From the sequence record OZ195934.1: a stretch of DNA of 64,000 nt. One strand, given 5' to 3'. The first letter of the stretch is position 1, and each line of letters opens with the position of its first letter. Position numbers and translations under genes: made by a program. The notes beneath the pieces were generated by a model. It saw only the letters and a program-made list of their open reading frames with translations, was not told where the DNA came from and made no database searches. Below, in pieces: positions 1 to 11,653 of this stretch.

Positions 1-1800
<1,800 letters not shown>

Positions 1801-1801
1801 T

Positions 1802-1809
1802 TATAAATA
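1802..1809 (+). promoter_or_regulatory. T4-type late promoter TATAAATA (gp18)
   Basis: Exact T4 late consensus in the intergenic gap upstream of gp18. Confidence 0.85.
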
Positions 1810-1846
1810 TCGTATGAACACATAACTTAAATGGTAAGGAAAAACA

Positions 1847-3862
1847 ATGACTCTTTTATCACCGGGTATCGAAAATAAAGAGATTAACCTTGCAAGTGCT
1901 ATTGGTCGTGCGGCTACGGGTCGTGCAGCAATGGTGGGGAAATTTGAGTGGGGTCCAGCTTATAAGATCACTCAAGTAACTTCAGAATCGGACTTGGTTA
2001 CTATTTTCGGTCGTCCAAACGACTATACCGCAGCATCATTCATGACTGCAAACAACTTTCTAAAGTATGGTAATGACTTGCGCTTAGTTCGTATCTGTGA
2101 CGAAGCAACGGCACAGAACGCAACGGCTCTTTACCATGCAATCGACTACACAATCAGCACGTCAAACGGCTGTGTTGTAGGCGATGAGATTACAATCAAC
2201 TACTCTGGTGTAGGTGAGCTTACAGCTAAAGGTAAAGTTCTAGAAGTAGACGCTGCGAACAACAACGCTGCATCGAAAATCTGGCTACCTAGTGCTGAAA
2301 TCATCGCTGCTGCGAAAGCAGATGGCAACTACCCAAGTGTAGCAACGTTGACAATCACGCCAACGCAGGGTGATATCACAATCACAGAAGTAAGCATTCT
2401 GACTAATGGCTCAGTATACTTCCCGAACATCGACACTGCAACCGATGCACTGACAGCAATCGAAACAGAGGGTGGCGATCTTGAGTACGCAGACCTGATC
2501 GAGAAGCAAGGTTTCAGTCGTTTCGCTGCACGTTACGTTGGTGACTTCGGTGACGCGATTTCAGTTGAAGTGATCAACTACGCTGATTACACGACTGCAT
2601 TTGCATTCGCTGCTGATCATACGCTAGGTGACGTAGAACTACCAATCTACCCAGATGGTGGCACTCGCGATATCAACTTGACAAGCTACTTCGCATTTGG
2701 TCCCGCTAATAGCAACCAATACGCAGTTGTTGTGCGCGTATCTGGCGTTGTTGAAGAAGCGTTCATCGTTTCGACAAGTCGCTCAGACAAAGATGTAAAC
2801 GGTCAATCAATTTTCATCGACGAGTTCTTTGAAAATGGCGGTTCTCAGTACATCACTGCAATTGCAGAGGGCTGGAACAGTGAGTCGGCAGCATACAACT
2901 TCGGTGGTGGCTACGACGCAAACGCAGGCGCAGATGACTGGATGTTCGGTCTAGATATGCTTGCAGACTCAGAAGTGCTTTACACGAACTTGGTAATCGC
3001 GGGTAACGCGGCTGCTGAAGAAGTGTCAATCGCATCAACAGTACAAAAATACGCTATCGACTCAGTTGGTAACGTACGTCAAGACTGTGTTGTTTTCGTT
3101 TCACCACCTGCTGCACACGTTATCAACAAGCGTGCAGATGTTGCAGTAGCAAACATTCAAGGTTGGAGAACGGGTACTAACCCAACAAACGGTCAAGCAG
3201 TGAGCGACAATCTGAACGTAAGCACAACTTACGCAGTGATTGATGGCAACTATAAGTATCAGTATGACAAGTATTCAGATCGCAACAGATGGGTGCCTCT
3301 CGCGGGTGACATCGCGGGTCTGTGTGCTTACACTGATCAAGTGTCTCAACCTTGGATGTCGCCAGCGGGCTTCAATCGTGGTCAAATTAAGGGCGTAAAC
3401 CGTCTAGCACTTGATCTACGTCGTGCGCACCGTGATACGCTGTATCAACTGGGTATCAACCCTGTAGTGGGCTTTGCAGGTCAAGGCTTTGTGCTATACG
3501 GTGATAAGACTGCTACACAGCAATCGAGCGCATTCGACCGCATCAACGTGCGTCGCTTGTTCAACTTGTTGAAAAAAGCAATCTCAGACTCGGCTAAGTA
3601 CCGTCTGTTCGAATTGAATGACGAGTTTACTCGTACATCGTTCAAGTCAGAAATCGACGCATACTTGACGAACATTCAAGATCTTGGTGGCATCTACGAC
3701 TTCCGCGTAGTTTGTGATGAGACGAACAACCCAGGTTCAATTGTAGACCGCAACGAGTTTGTGGCGAGCATTTACGTGAAACCTGCGCGTTCAATCAACT
3801 TCATCACGCTTAACTTCGTTGCAACGTCTACGGACGCTGATTTCGACGAGATTATCGGCTAA
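1847..3862 (+). CDS. gp18: Tail sheath protein (gp18)
   Basis: N-term MTLLSPGIENKEINL and GKFEWGP; C-term WMSPAGFNRG, FDRINVRRLF, IYVKPARSINFITLNFVAT. Confidence 0.98.
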   Translation: MTLLSPGIENKEINLASAIGRAATGRAAMVGKFEWGPAYKITQVTSESDLVTIFGRPNDYTAASFMTANNFLKYGNDLRLVRICDEATAQNATALYHAIDYTISTSNGCVVGDEITINYSGVGELTAKGKVLEVDAANNNAASKIWLPSAEIIAAAKADGNYPSVATLTITPTQGDITITEVSILTNGSVYFPNIDTATDALTAIETEGGDLEYADLIEKQGFSRFAARYVGDFGDAISVEVINYADYTTAFAFAADHTLGDVELPIYPDGGTRDINLTSYFAFGPANSNQYAVVVRVSGVVEEAFIVSTSRSDKDVNGQSIFIDEFFENGGSQYITAIAEGWNSESAAYNFGGGYDANAGADDWMFGLDMLADSEVLYTNLVIAGNAAAEEVSIASTVQKYAIDSVGNVRQDCVVFVSPPAAHVINKRADVAVANIQGWRTGTNPTNGQAVSDNLNVSTTYAVIDGNYKYQYDKYSDRNRWVPLAGDIAGLCAYTDQVSQPWMSPAGFNRGQIKGVNRLALDLRRAHRDTLYQLGINPVVGFAGQGFVLYGDKTATQQSSAFDRINVRRLFNLLKKAISDSAKYRLFELNDEFTRTSFKSEIDAYLTNIQDLGGIYDFRVVCDETNNPGSIVDRNEFVASIYVKPARSINFITLNFVATSTDADFDEIIG

Positions 3863-3872
3863 GAGCAATCAC

Positions 3873-3900
3873 GAGGGGCGTTTTTTAGCCCCTCTAAATA
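3873..3900 (+). promoter_or_regulatory. Hairpin GAGGGGC/GCCCCTC overlapping late-promoter variant TCTAAATA (gp19)
   Basis: 7-bp stem at 3873-3894; TCTAAATA at 3893-3900 upstream of the gp19 RBS. Confidence 0.6.
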
Positions 3901-3916
3901 ATAAGGTATAGAGAAA

Positions 3917-4417
3917 ATGGCACTTAATGTAGACAGCATTAAAAGAGCTTTCGGTAACGGTGATTTCGCTCGTCCAAACTTGTTCGAAGTTGAGATTCCG
4001 TATCTGGGACAGAACTTTAAATTCCAATGTCGCGCTTCAGCAATGCCACCGGGTAGTGTTGAGAAGCTAGAAGTTTCTTATCAAAATCGCAAGTACAACA
4101 TTGCAGGTGATCGAACGTTCGATGACTGGAATGTGACAGTGTACAACGATGAGACGCACGACATTCGCAAAGCTATTTTAGCATGGCAATCGCGTGCAGT
4201 TGGCTTAGGCAAAGATGTGACTGGTGAAACGCCAGACCAATACAAGCGTACTGGTACGATTACTCAACTTGATCGTAACGGCGAACCAACAACATCAGCT
4301 ACAGTATACGGGATTTTCCCGACTATGGTTGGCGAAGTTGCTCTTGATTGGGATTCAAACAATGAAATCCAAACGTTTGAAGTAACATTCAGCTTAGACT
4401 ACTTCACAGTAGAATAA
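3917..4417 (+). CDS. gp19: Tail tube protein (gp19)
   Basis: GDFARPNLFEVEIP, AGDRTFDDWNVTVYND, LDWDSNNEIQTFEVTF. Confidence 0.97.
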   Translation: MALNVDSIKRAFGNGDFARPNLFEVEIPYLGQNFKFQCRASAMPPGSVEKLEVSYQNRKYNIAGDRTFDDWNVTVYNDETHDIRKAILAWQSRAVGLGKDVTGETPDQYKRTGTITQLDRNGEPTTSATVYGIFPTMVGEVALDWDSNNEIQTFEVTFSLDYFTVE

Positions 4418-4422
4418 TGATG

Positions 4423-4443
4423 AGGGGCGTACGCCCCTTTTAT
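4423..4443 (+). terminator. Intrinsic terminator after gp19
   Basis: Palindrome AGGGGCGTACGCCCCT followed by a T-run. Confidence 0.75.
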
Positions 4444-4455
4444 TGAGGTAAAATA

Positions 4456-6003
4456 ATGTTAGAATTTATGAAATTCTGGACGAAAGAAGAAGAACAAGAA
4501 GTATCTGACATTCAGAAGAATCCAGTTCGTTCGTTTTCAGCGCCAGATAACGTAGATGGTGCTAAAGATATTCATACTAACTTACTAGCGCCTCAGATGG
4601 GTAACCAGTTCATTCCGAGTGATATGAACCAAGAGGGCACAGTTCCGATTAAAGAACTGATCTCAGGCTACCGAGCATTAGCAGAATATCATGAAGTCGA
4701 TGATGCGATTCAAGAAATCGTCGATGAAGCTATCGTTTACGAAAACGATAAAGAAGTTGTGTGGTTGAACCTAGACAACACAGATTTTTCAGAAAATATC
4801 AAGACTCGAATCAACGAAGAATTTGACACTGTAGTTTCGTTGCTACATATGCGTAAGCACGGTTATAAGTGGTTCCGTAAATGGTATGTCGATTCACGCA
4901 TTTACTTTCACAAGATTCTTGATAAAGAAGACAATATCATTGAGCTGCGCCCATTAGACCCTATGAAAATGGAGCTAGTGCGTGAGGTTCAAAAGGAAAC
5001 AGTCGATGGCGTTGAAATCGTTAAAGGCACACTAGAATACTACGTGTACCGTCAAGCAGATTACAAGATGCCGAGTTGGATGGACACAAGTTCACGCTCA
5101 CAGACTGCATTCAGAATTCCAAAAGAAGCGATTGTTTTCGCTCATAGTGGTCTTATTCGTGGTTGTTCTGAGACTCAGACAATCATCGGGTATCTAGATC
5201 GCGCTATAAAGCCCGCTAATCAACTTAAAATGCTAGAAGATGCACTTGTTATCTATCGTCTAGCACGTGCCCCTGAGCGTCGCGTATTCTACGTAGACGT
5301 AGGTAACTTGCCTACTCAGAAAGCACAGCAATATGTTAACGGCATCATGCAAAACGTCAAGAACCGTCTTGTATACGACACTAACACGGGTTCAGTGAAG
5401 AACACGACTAACGCTATGTCAATGCTTGAGGACTACTATCTACCGCGTAGAGAGGGTTCAAAAGGTACTGAAGTTAGTACGCTTCCCGGTGGTCAGTCAT
5501 TAGGCGATATTGAAGACGTAATGTACTTCAACCGTAAATTGTACAAAGCAATGCGAATTCCGACTTCACGCGCAGCGTCTGAAGATCAATCGGGTGGTAT
5601 TAACTTTGGTGGTGGTGCAGAAATTTCGCGTGATGAGCTTAAATTCACCAAATTCGTTAAGCGTTTGCAGACTCGTTTCGAAACTGTAATCACTGATCCG
5701 CTTAAACATCAGTTGATCGTTAATAACGTCATCACTGAAGAAGAGTGGGACGCGAATCATGAAAAAATTTATGTTGTATTCAACCAAGATTCGTACTTCG
5801 AAGAATCGAAAGAATTGGAGATTCTAAATAGTCGTATGAACGCAATGCGTGACGTGTCGGAATATGCCGGCAAATATTACAGTCATAAATACATTCAGAA
5901 AAACATTTTACGATTGTCTGACGACCAAATTGAAGCGATGCAAGCAGAGATTGACGAAGAAGACACTAATCCACGATTCCAAGCAGACGACCACGGCTTT
6001 TAG
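4456..6003 (+). CDS. gp20: Portal protein (gp20)
   Basis: KWYVDSRIYFHK, AIKPANQLKMLEDALVIYRLARAPERRVFYVDVGNLP, EDYYLPRREG, ISRDELKF. Confidence 0.98.
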   Translation: MLEFMKFWTKEEEQEVSDIQKNPVRSFSAPDNVDGAKDIHTNLLAPQMGNQFIPSDMNQEGTVPIKELISGYRALAEYHEVDDAIQEIVDEAIVYENDKEVVWLNLDNTDFSENIKTRINEEFDTVVSLLHMRKHGYKWFRKWYVDSRIYFHKILDKEDNIIELRPLDPMKMELVREVQKETVDGVEIVKGTLEYYVYRQADYKMPSWMDTSSRSQTAFRIPKEAIVFAHSGLIRGCSETQTIIGYLDRAIKPANQLKMLEDALVIYRLARAPERRVFYVDVGNLPTQKAQQYVNGIMQNVKNRLVYDTNTGSVKNTTNAMSMLEDYYLPRREGSKGTEVSTLPGGQSLGDIEDVMYFNRKLYKAMRIPTSRAASEDQSGGINFGGGAEISRDELKFTKFVKRLQTRFETVITDPLKHQLIVNNVITEEEWDANHEKIYVVFNQDSYFEESKELEILNSRMNAMRDVSEYAGKYYSHKYIQKNILRLSDDQIEAMQAEIDEEDTNPRFQADDHGF

Positions 6004-6017
6004 AGAGGTAACATAAC

Positions 6018-6185
6018 ATGAGCTTAGAAAATATGATCGCAGCATCGCGTGACGGCAAACTTGCAGATTTTGAACAACACTTCAAGCAAGAGATCGGTCA
6101 GCGTGTAGCAGCACGAATTGATGATATGAAGCAAGAACTAGGTCGCTCAATCCAAGTAGATGGGGAAGTTCCCAAGGAGAGCTAA
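6018..6185 (+). CDS. gp67: Prohead core protein (gp67-like), 55 aa, absent from the ORF track
   Basis: Read by hand: MSLENMIAASRDGKLADFEQHFKQEIGQRVAARIDDMKQELGRSIQVDGEVPKES; RBS GAGG; position between gp20 and gp68. Confidence 0.85.
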   Translation: MSLENMIAASRDGKLADFEQHFKQEIGQRVAARIDDMKQELGRSIQVDGEVPKES

Positions 6186-6677
6186 ATGAAGTTCATTACA
6201 GAAGATGCGCAAGCGCAGATTGTTGATGACTTAGCTGAAGCAGTAATAGACGGCGTGATTGAACGTTCGTCTGTGCCCGCGACAATCAAAGCATTCAGTG
6301 AAGCTAACGAAATTGCTATTCAAGACATTGACGAAATGGTCGAAGAAGTTGACGCAGTTATTGGCGTAGTTGAAGCTATTGAACGCGGTCTCACCGTTGA
6401 AGACGCGTGTGTTGAGCTGAAATTATCAGAAAAAATGGTTAAAAAGGTATCAGTTGCAGACCGCAAAGCGGGTGGTAGCTTGATTTCTAAAAAGAAAGAC
6501 CGAAAAACTCGTGCGCGAAAAGCTTCGCAAACTACGGGTCTAAGTAAGTCTAAGAGACAAAAGACAGCACGCAAAGCAGCGAAAACGCGCAAGCGCCAGA
6601 AAGGCACTAGCACAGATCGCAAAGCTAAAAAGACTCGTGCTAAGTCTATGAAGAAACGCAAACAAATGGGGCTTTGA
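6186..6677 (+). CDS. gp68: Prohead core protein (gp68-like)
   Basis: Acidic N-half and very basic C-half ending KSMKKRKQMGL; synteny 20-67-68-21. Confidence 0.85.
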   Translation: MKFITEDAQAQIVDDLAEAVIDGVIERSSVPATIKAFSEANEIAIQDIDEMVEEVDAVIGVVEAIERGLTVEDACVELKLSEKMVKKVSVADRKAGGSLISKKKDRKTRARKASQTTGLSKSKRQKTARKAAKTRKRQKGTSTDRKAKKTRAKSMKKRKQMGL

Positions 6678-6679
6678 TT

Positions 6680-7315
6680 ATGGAATTATTAATCGAAACT
6701 TGGGGTGTATCTAGCGGTCTCGCTGAATCCCTTGGTGAAAAGCCTCTTGTTGAAGCGAAGCTACCTGCGACGAAAGGTGGCGACTTGTACATCGAGGGCA
6801 TTTTCATGCAATCGAATGTCGTAAACCGTAACGGACGTCGATACCCGAAAAAAGTTATGGAAAATGCTGTATCTAAATACATGCAAGAACAAGTCAACAC
6901 GAATCAAGCGTTGGGCGAATTGAATCACCCTAGCCGTTCGAATGTCGATCCTGCTGAAGCTGCAATTAGAATTACTGAGTTGTGGTGGGATGGTGACAAC
7001 GTAATGGGTAAAGCTATCGTACTAAATACACCGAAGGGACAAATTGTTCGTGGTCTAATCGAAGGCGGTTGGGTACCGGGCGTGAGTTCAAGAGGTCTTG
7101 GTTCAGTTAAGCAAGTTGACGGCATTAACGAAGTGACAGACTTTCGTCTGACAGTTGGAGTTGATGTAGTATGGGGCCCTAGTGCACCAAGTGCTTACGT
7201 TAAACCAGTAACTGAGTCAAATGAAGCTGCTAAAGATGTAAAAACAGAAGAAATTACCGAAAGTAATGACGCTGAATTTGCGAAACTAGCGGAAACGTTA
7301 AAAACTCTCTTATAA
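6680..7315 (+). CDS. gp21: Prohead protease (gp21)
   Basis: LYIEGIFMQSNVVNRNGRRYP, ALGELNHP, PGVSSRGLGS, VDVVWGPSAP; ATG at 6680 preferred over the TTG at 6674. Confidence 0.97.
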   Translation: MELLIETWGVSSGLAESLGEKPLVEAKLPATKGGDLYIEGIFMQSNVVNRNGRRYPKKVMENAVSKYMQEQVNTNQALGELNHPSRSNVDPAEAAIRITELWWDGDNVMGKAIVLNTPKGQIVRGLIEGGWVPGVSSRGLGSVKQVDGINEVTDFRLTVGVDVVWGPSAPSAYVKPVTESNEAAKDVKTEEITESNDAEFAKLAETLKTLL

Positions 7316-7318
7316 ATA
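7311..7318 (+). promoter_or_regulatory. Late promoter TATAAATA (gp22)
   Basis: Exact consensus overlapping the gp21 stop codon. Confidence 0.8.
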
Positions 7319-7347
7319 TTAAAAACATATTTAAGGAATTGAAGAAG

Positions 7348-8190
7348 ATGCAAATCAAAGAGCAACTACTTGAAGCGGTATCGCACGACGATACTAAAAT
7401 CACTACTGCTTTGGACGGCATTTTTGAATCAGTTGAACTTTCCGAAGATGTTCGTAATAAGTTCAGCACTGTTTTCGAAAGTGTTATCAAGACAAAAGCC
7501 GTTGAGCTTGCAGAAGCGCACATCGCTGAAGCTGCTACAAAAGCGGAAGCAGTTATCACAGCACACAAAGAAGAGCTAAACGAAGCCGCTGAAAAATACG
7601 GTGAACATTTAGCTGAATCAATGCAAAACAAACTTGATTCATACCTAGACCACGTTGTTGAAGCTTGGATGAGCGAAAACAAACTAGCGGTTGAAAATGG
7701 TCTGAAAGTATCAATGTTTGACGGTTTGATGGAAGGCATGAAAAATGTTTTCGTTGAAAACAACGTACACTGCCCAGACGAAAAGATTGATATGATCGAA
7801 TCTCTTGAAGAGAACATCACTGATCTTGAATCTCGTCTTGATGTAGTGGTAGTTGAGAACCGTAAGCACAAAGAATACGCTAACTACGTAGAGAAAAACA
7901 TCATCATTGAACGCGTGACAAAAGGCATGGCTGAATCTCAGAAAGAACAAGTTTCTGACCTGGCTGAGTCAATTCGCTTCGATGAGAACTTTGAAGACAA
8001 TCTAAATAGTGTTATCAAGTTCGCTTCTGGTATCAAACTTGCTGAAAAAGAAGATGACGAAGAAGACGACAAAAAACCAGCTCCGAAGAAAGACGAAGAT
8101 GGTGACGACGACGCTGAGAAGAAAGACGACAAAGATATCAATGAATCTGTAACGCCATCAATGGCTGCATATTTGAAAGCTGTCTCGTAA
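7348..8190 (+). CDS. gp22: Prohead core scaffold protein (gp22)
   Basis: Helical acidic protein, FSTVFESVIK, LDSYLDHVVEAWMSENKLAV, ends MAAYLKAVS; lies between gp21 and gp23; ATG start chosen. Confidence 0.95.
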   Translation: MQIKEQLLEAVSHDDTKITTALDGIFESVELSEDVRNKFSTVFESVIKTKAVELAEAHIAEAATKAEAVITAHKEELNEAAEKYGEHLAESMQNKLDSYLDHVVEAWMSENKLAVENGLKVSMFDGLMEGMKNVFVENNVHCPDEKIDMIESLEENITDLESRLDVVVVENRKHKEYANYVEKNIIIERVTKGMAESQKEQVSDLAESIRFDENFEDNLNSVIKFASGIKLAEKEDDEEDDKKPAPKKDEDGDDDAEKKDDKDINESVTPSMAAYLKAVS

Positions 8191-8226
8191 TATTCGATAA
8201 GCAAATAAAAACGTAAAATTACGTTA

Positions 8227-8234
8227 TATAAATA
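8227..8234 (+). promoter_or_regulatory. Late promoter TATAAATA (gp23)
   Basis: Exact consensus upstream of the major capsid gene. Confidence 0.85.
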
Positions 8235-8273
8235 CTTTTGTAAATTTTAGAACATATTAAAGGAATCATTCAA

Positions 8274-9815
8274 ATGAACCTAACTGAAAAATGGAAAGAC
8301 TTGCTTGAGGCAGACGGCGCGGAAATGCCAGAGATTGCAACTGCAACTAAGCAAAAAATCATGTCGAAAATCTTTGAAAACCAAGATCGTGACATCAACC
8401 AAGATCCAATGTATCGTGATCCACAACTTGTAGAAGCTTTCAACGCTGGTCTTAACGAAGCAGTAGTAGATGGCGACCACGGTTCTGTAGCGAACATCGC
8501 AAGCGGTCAAACAACTGGTGCTGTAACAAACATCGGTCCTACTGTAATGGGTATGGTTCGTCGTGCAATCCCTCAACTTATCGCTTTCGATATTGCGGGT
8601 GTTCAACCGATGACTGGTCCAACTAGCCAAGTGTTCACACTTCGTTCAGTTTACGGTAAAGATCCTCTTACTGGTAAAGAAGCATTCCACCCTGTTCATC
8701 AGGCTGACAGCTCTTTCTCTGGTCAAGGTGCTGCATCAACAATCGCTGATCTTCCAACAGACGCGACAGTAGTTTCTACTCCGTACAAAGCGACTGTTAC
8801 AACAGATGGCGGTACTGACGACCTACGTCACTTCCTAGCTCTAACTACAGACGCTGTAGTAGCAAGCTCAGGTGTGATGACTGCTGCTGAATACCAAGCA
8901 CTTGTAATCGGTGGTAAACTGGTTGAAGTTGACGCTGGTATGGCAACAAGCCAAGCAGAACTACAAGAGAACTTCAACGGTTCAAGCGGTAACGAATGGA
9001 ACGAAATGTCATTCCGTATCGACAAGCAAGTTGTTGAAGCGAAATCTCGTCAATTGAAAGCTCAATACTCTATCGAGCTTGCTCAAGATTTACGTGCTGT
9101 ACACGGTCTTGATGCTGACGCTGAACTAAGCGGCATTCTTGCTAACGAAGTTATGGTTGAGCTTAACCGCGAAATCGTTAACCTAGTTAACTCTCAAGCG
9201 CAAATCGGTAAGTCTGGTTGGACTAAAGGTGCAGGCGCTGCGGGTGTATTCGATTTCAGCGATGCAACAGACGTTAAAGGCGCTCGTTGGGCTGGTGAAG
9301 CTTACAAAGCTCTATTGATCCAAATCGAAAAAGAAGCAAACGAAATCGGTCGTCAAACTGGTCGTGGTAACGGTAACTTCATCATTGCATCACGCAACGT
9401 AGTTTCTGCACTTTCAATGACTGATACTCTAGTTGGCCCTGCTGCGCAAGGTCTACAAGATGGCTCTATGAATACTGAAACAAATCAAACTGTTTTCGCT
9501 GGTATTCTAGGCGGTCGCTTCAAAGTGTACATTGACCAGTACGCAGTGAATGACTACTTCACAGTAGGCTTCAAAGGCGGTACTGAAATGGACGCGGGTG
9601 TGTTCTACTCACCGTACGTACCTCTGACTCCACTACGTGGTTCAGACAGCAAAAACTTCCAACCTGTAATTGGTTTCAAAACTCGTTACGGCGTTCAAGT
9701 TAACCCGTTTGCTGATCCAGATGCGACAGTAGACAAAATTGGTTCAGGTGCTCCAGTAGCTGCATCAATGGGTAAAAACTCTTACTTCCGTCGCGTATTC
9801 GTGAGCGGTCTGTAA
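8274..9815 (+). CDS. gp23: Major capsid protein (gp23), KVP40-like
   Basis: MVRRAIPQLIAFDIAGVQPMTGPT, EAKSRQLKAQYSIELAQDLRAVHGLDADAELS, FQPVIGFKTRYG. Confidence 0.99.
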   Translation: MNLTEKWKDLLEADGAEMPEIATATKQKIMSKIFENQDRDINQDPMYRDPQLVEAFNAGLNEAVVDGDHGSVANIASGQTTGAVTNIGPTVMGMVRRAIPQLIAFDIAGVQPMTGPTSQVFTLRSVYGKDPLTGKEAFHPVHQADSSFSGQGAASTIADLPTDATVVSTPYKATVTTDGGTDDLRHFLALTTDAVVASSGVMTAAEYQALVIGGKLVEVDAGMATSQAELQENFNGSSGNEWNEMSFRIDKQVVEAKSRQLKAQYSIELAQDLRAVHGLDADAELSGILANEVMVELNREIVNLVNSQAQIGKSGWTKGAGAAGVFDFSDATDVKGARWAGEAYKALLIQIEKEANEIGRQTGRGNGNFIIASRNVVSALSMTDTLVGPAAQGLQDGSMNTETNQTVFAGILGGRFKVYIDQYAVNDYFTVGFKGGTEMDAGVFYSPYVPLTPLRGSDSKNFQPVIGFKTRYGVQVNPFADPDATVDKIGSGAPVAASMGKNSYFRRVFVSGL

Positions 9816-9827
9816 GACTAAAGCTTT

Positions 9828-9855
9828 AAAAGGGACTCTTCGGAGTCCCTTTTTG
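9828..9855. terminator. Bidirectional intrinsic terminator between gp23 and cca
   Basis: AAAAGGGACTC-TTCG-GAGTCCCTTTTT. Confidence 0.9.
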
Positions 9856-9858
9856 CGT

Positions 9859-10968
9859 TTATGCGCAATGCAAAATGTTTTCAGCAATCAACATGCGTTT
9901 CTCTAGTTGAGCAGCACCGTACTGCGGTCCCGGTTCAACGTCAACACGCACAATCATCGTTTTCGCGATGATCTCTCTCAGTGTGCTTTGTTTCGTCACG
10001 TCGTTCATTTGTGATAGCGCGACTTCAAACTCACGACCATTCTTATAAGCACCCAATTGCTGCAACGCAATGACTACAGACGAGTCGTAAACGTGTAATA
10101 CGTTCAACTGCATTAAGATTTCAGAAGTCTTCTGAAAACGCTTTGTAGCCCCGAATTTAGACGTGTAACGATTTCGATGATCGAACGCAGCCCATTTGCC
10201 GATGAGTTGAGTCTCTTCGCCTTGAAACTTCATGTGATTGTAATGCTTCAATGACATTAACTCAGCCGCACGTGGTTGCGAACAGAACCCGATTTGACCT
10301 AAGAACGAAAAGTACATGTGAGCATTCTTCTCAGATAGTGCTTTCATCGTCTCTAACCACACGCGTTCTTTCGGTAGAGCATCAAGCATACCATCAGCAA
10401 CCATCTTCTCGCACAGCTCACGCGTCTCTTTGGCAACAACGAAGCCCAGACTATGATAACGAGCATAGAAACGCGCTACACGCAGCACACGAAGCGGATC
10501 TTCTGCAAATGCATCAGTCGTATGACGAAGCACGCGATCTTGTAGATCACGCATACCGTTATACGGGTCAATCACAGATTCAATCGAGCCGAACATGAAA
10601 AATGATTGCTCATCGTCTCGACGAACAGCCATTGCATTGATAGTCAAGTCGCGTCGAGAAAGGTCGTCTTCAAGTGTAACGCCATCAGTCGTGAACGTGA
10701 AATCAGTCGTCTTGTCACCAATGCTGCGTTCGACACGAGCAAGTGCGACTTCATTGCCGTTTTCATCAAGCCATACGGGGAAGTCTGCACCGATGGGTTC
10801 GCCATACAGTTCACGCATTTCTGCATCAGATGTGTTGATCATTAAATAATCTATATCCTTAGGAAATATCGCGTAACCGTCTCGCATGTTCAAGATTGTG
10901 TCGCGTACAGCTCCACCCACGACAAATTGTTTTGATTCTGTAGCCGCAGCTAGTGAATTATTTTGCAT
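9859..10968 (-). CDS. cca: tRNA nucleotidyltransferase (class II CCA-adding enzyme, no HD domain)
   Basis: VVGGAVRD, DIDY, EDDLSRRDLTINAMA, DPYNGMRDL, EDPLRVLRVARF. Confidence 0.95.
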   Translation of the reverse strand: MQNNSLAAATESKQFVVGGAVRDTILNMRDGYAIFPKDIDYLMINTSDAEMRELYGEPIGADFPVWLDENGNEVALARVERSIGDKTTDFTFTTDGVTLEDDLSRRDLTINAMAVRRDDEQSFFMFGSIESVIDPYNGMRDLQDRVLRHTTDAFAEDPLRVLRVARFYARYHSLGFVVAKETRELCEKMVADGMLDALPKERVWLETMKALSEKNAHMYFSFLGQIGFCSQPRAAELMSLKHYNHMKFQGEETQLIGKWAAFDHRNRYTSKFGATKRFQKTSEILMQLNVLHVYDSSVVIALQQLGAYKNGREFEVALSQMNDVTKQSTLREIIAKTMIVRVDVEPGPQYGAAQLEKRMLIAENILHCA

Positions 10969-10999
10969 TTGTTAACACTCCAATAACATGATTTCGATC

Positions 11000-11028
11000 A
11001 TTATAAATAAATGTATTAAGCATGTCAA
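11000..11028 (-). promoter_or_regulatory. Consensus sigma70 promoter TTGACA-17-TATAAT for cca
   Basis: Minus strand -35 at 11023-11028, -10 at 11000-11005. Confidence 0.85.
11002..11009 (+). promoter_or_regulatory. Late promoter TATAAATA for the 11051-14399 cluster
   Basis: Exact consensus overlapping the cca -10 on the opposite strand. Confidence 0.75.
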
Positions 11029-11050
11029 CTGAATTCACAGGACTCATTAA

Positions 11051-11359
11051 ATGATTGAATTAAAACCTGGTAGAAGTCTGTCATCGCAAGGTATTTCGCT
11101 GACAGATACCGAATCTACTACAGTTCTGTTCAAGACAAGCAACTATGGGCTTGACAGTTCTTATTGTGCAATTGTAAACGACGCAGCAACGTCGATTGAG
11201 ATTGCATTTGGCGGCGTTGAAGAAGATGATCCAGAGCCAGTATATCCCGATGATTACTTCACGGTGCACACAAACGGCAACTACGAAATCCCAACGAGCG
11301 CATTTGCGCGTAAAATCAAAGTTTGGTTGAGAGGGGATCGCGTTGTCATAATCTATTAA
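11051..11359 (+). CDS. Hypothetical late (probably virion) protein
   Basis: 102-aa beta-rich ORF directly after a late promoter. Confidence 0.6.
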   Translation: MIELKPGRSLSSQGISLTDTESTTVLFKTSNYGLDSSYCAIVNDAATSIEIAFGGVEEDDPEPVYPDDYFTVHTNGNYEIPTSAFARKIKVWLRGDRVVIIY

Positions 11360-11368
11360 GGAGATGCA

Positions 11369-11641
11369 ATGCCGATTTCTCAAGGGAGCATTAATCTAGG
11401 CGAATTAGTTACTCGCTCGGAAATGATGTCTGAACTTGCTAATACGAAGTTCAGAAGTTTAGAATTTGAAGTCGATGGTGTTACTGAACTAACAGTCGAA
11501 CACCATCGGGGCTATATACCTGAATATCAATTACGAAATGAGGATGGGAGGCTTGTTGAAGTTCCCGTCGAACATATAGATAAAAACACACTTACAATTT
11601 GTAGCGTATTGCCAGTTACTGGCACGCTATACATTTACTAG
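11369..11641 (+). CDS. Small virion protein with an H-x-x-G / beta-strand fibre-tip-like domain
   Basis: RBS AAGGAG; TVEHHRGYIPEYQLRNEDGRLV..VEHIDKNTLTI resembles the C-terminal domain of the next ORF. Confidence 0.6.
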   Translation: MPISQGSINLGELVTRSEMMSELANTKFRSLEFEVDGVTELTVEHHRGYIPEYQLRNEDGRLVEVPVEHIDKNTLTICSVLPVTGTLYIY

Positions 11642-11653
11642 GAGAAACTCAGA

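Noticed and set aside
8040-8140. Low-complexity GAA/GAC/AAA run near the end of gp22
   Set aside because: Encodes the usual acidic/lysine linker of T4-type scaffold proteins
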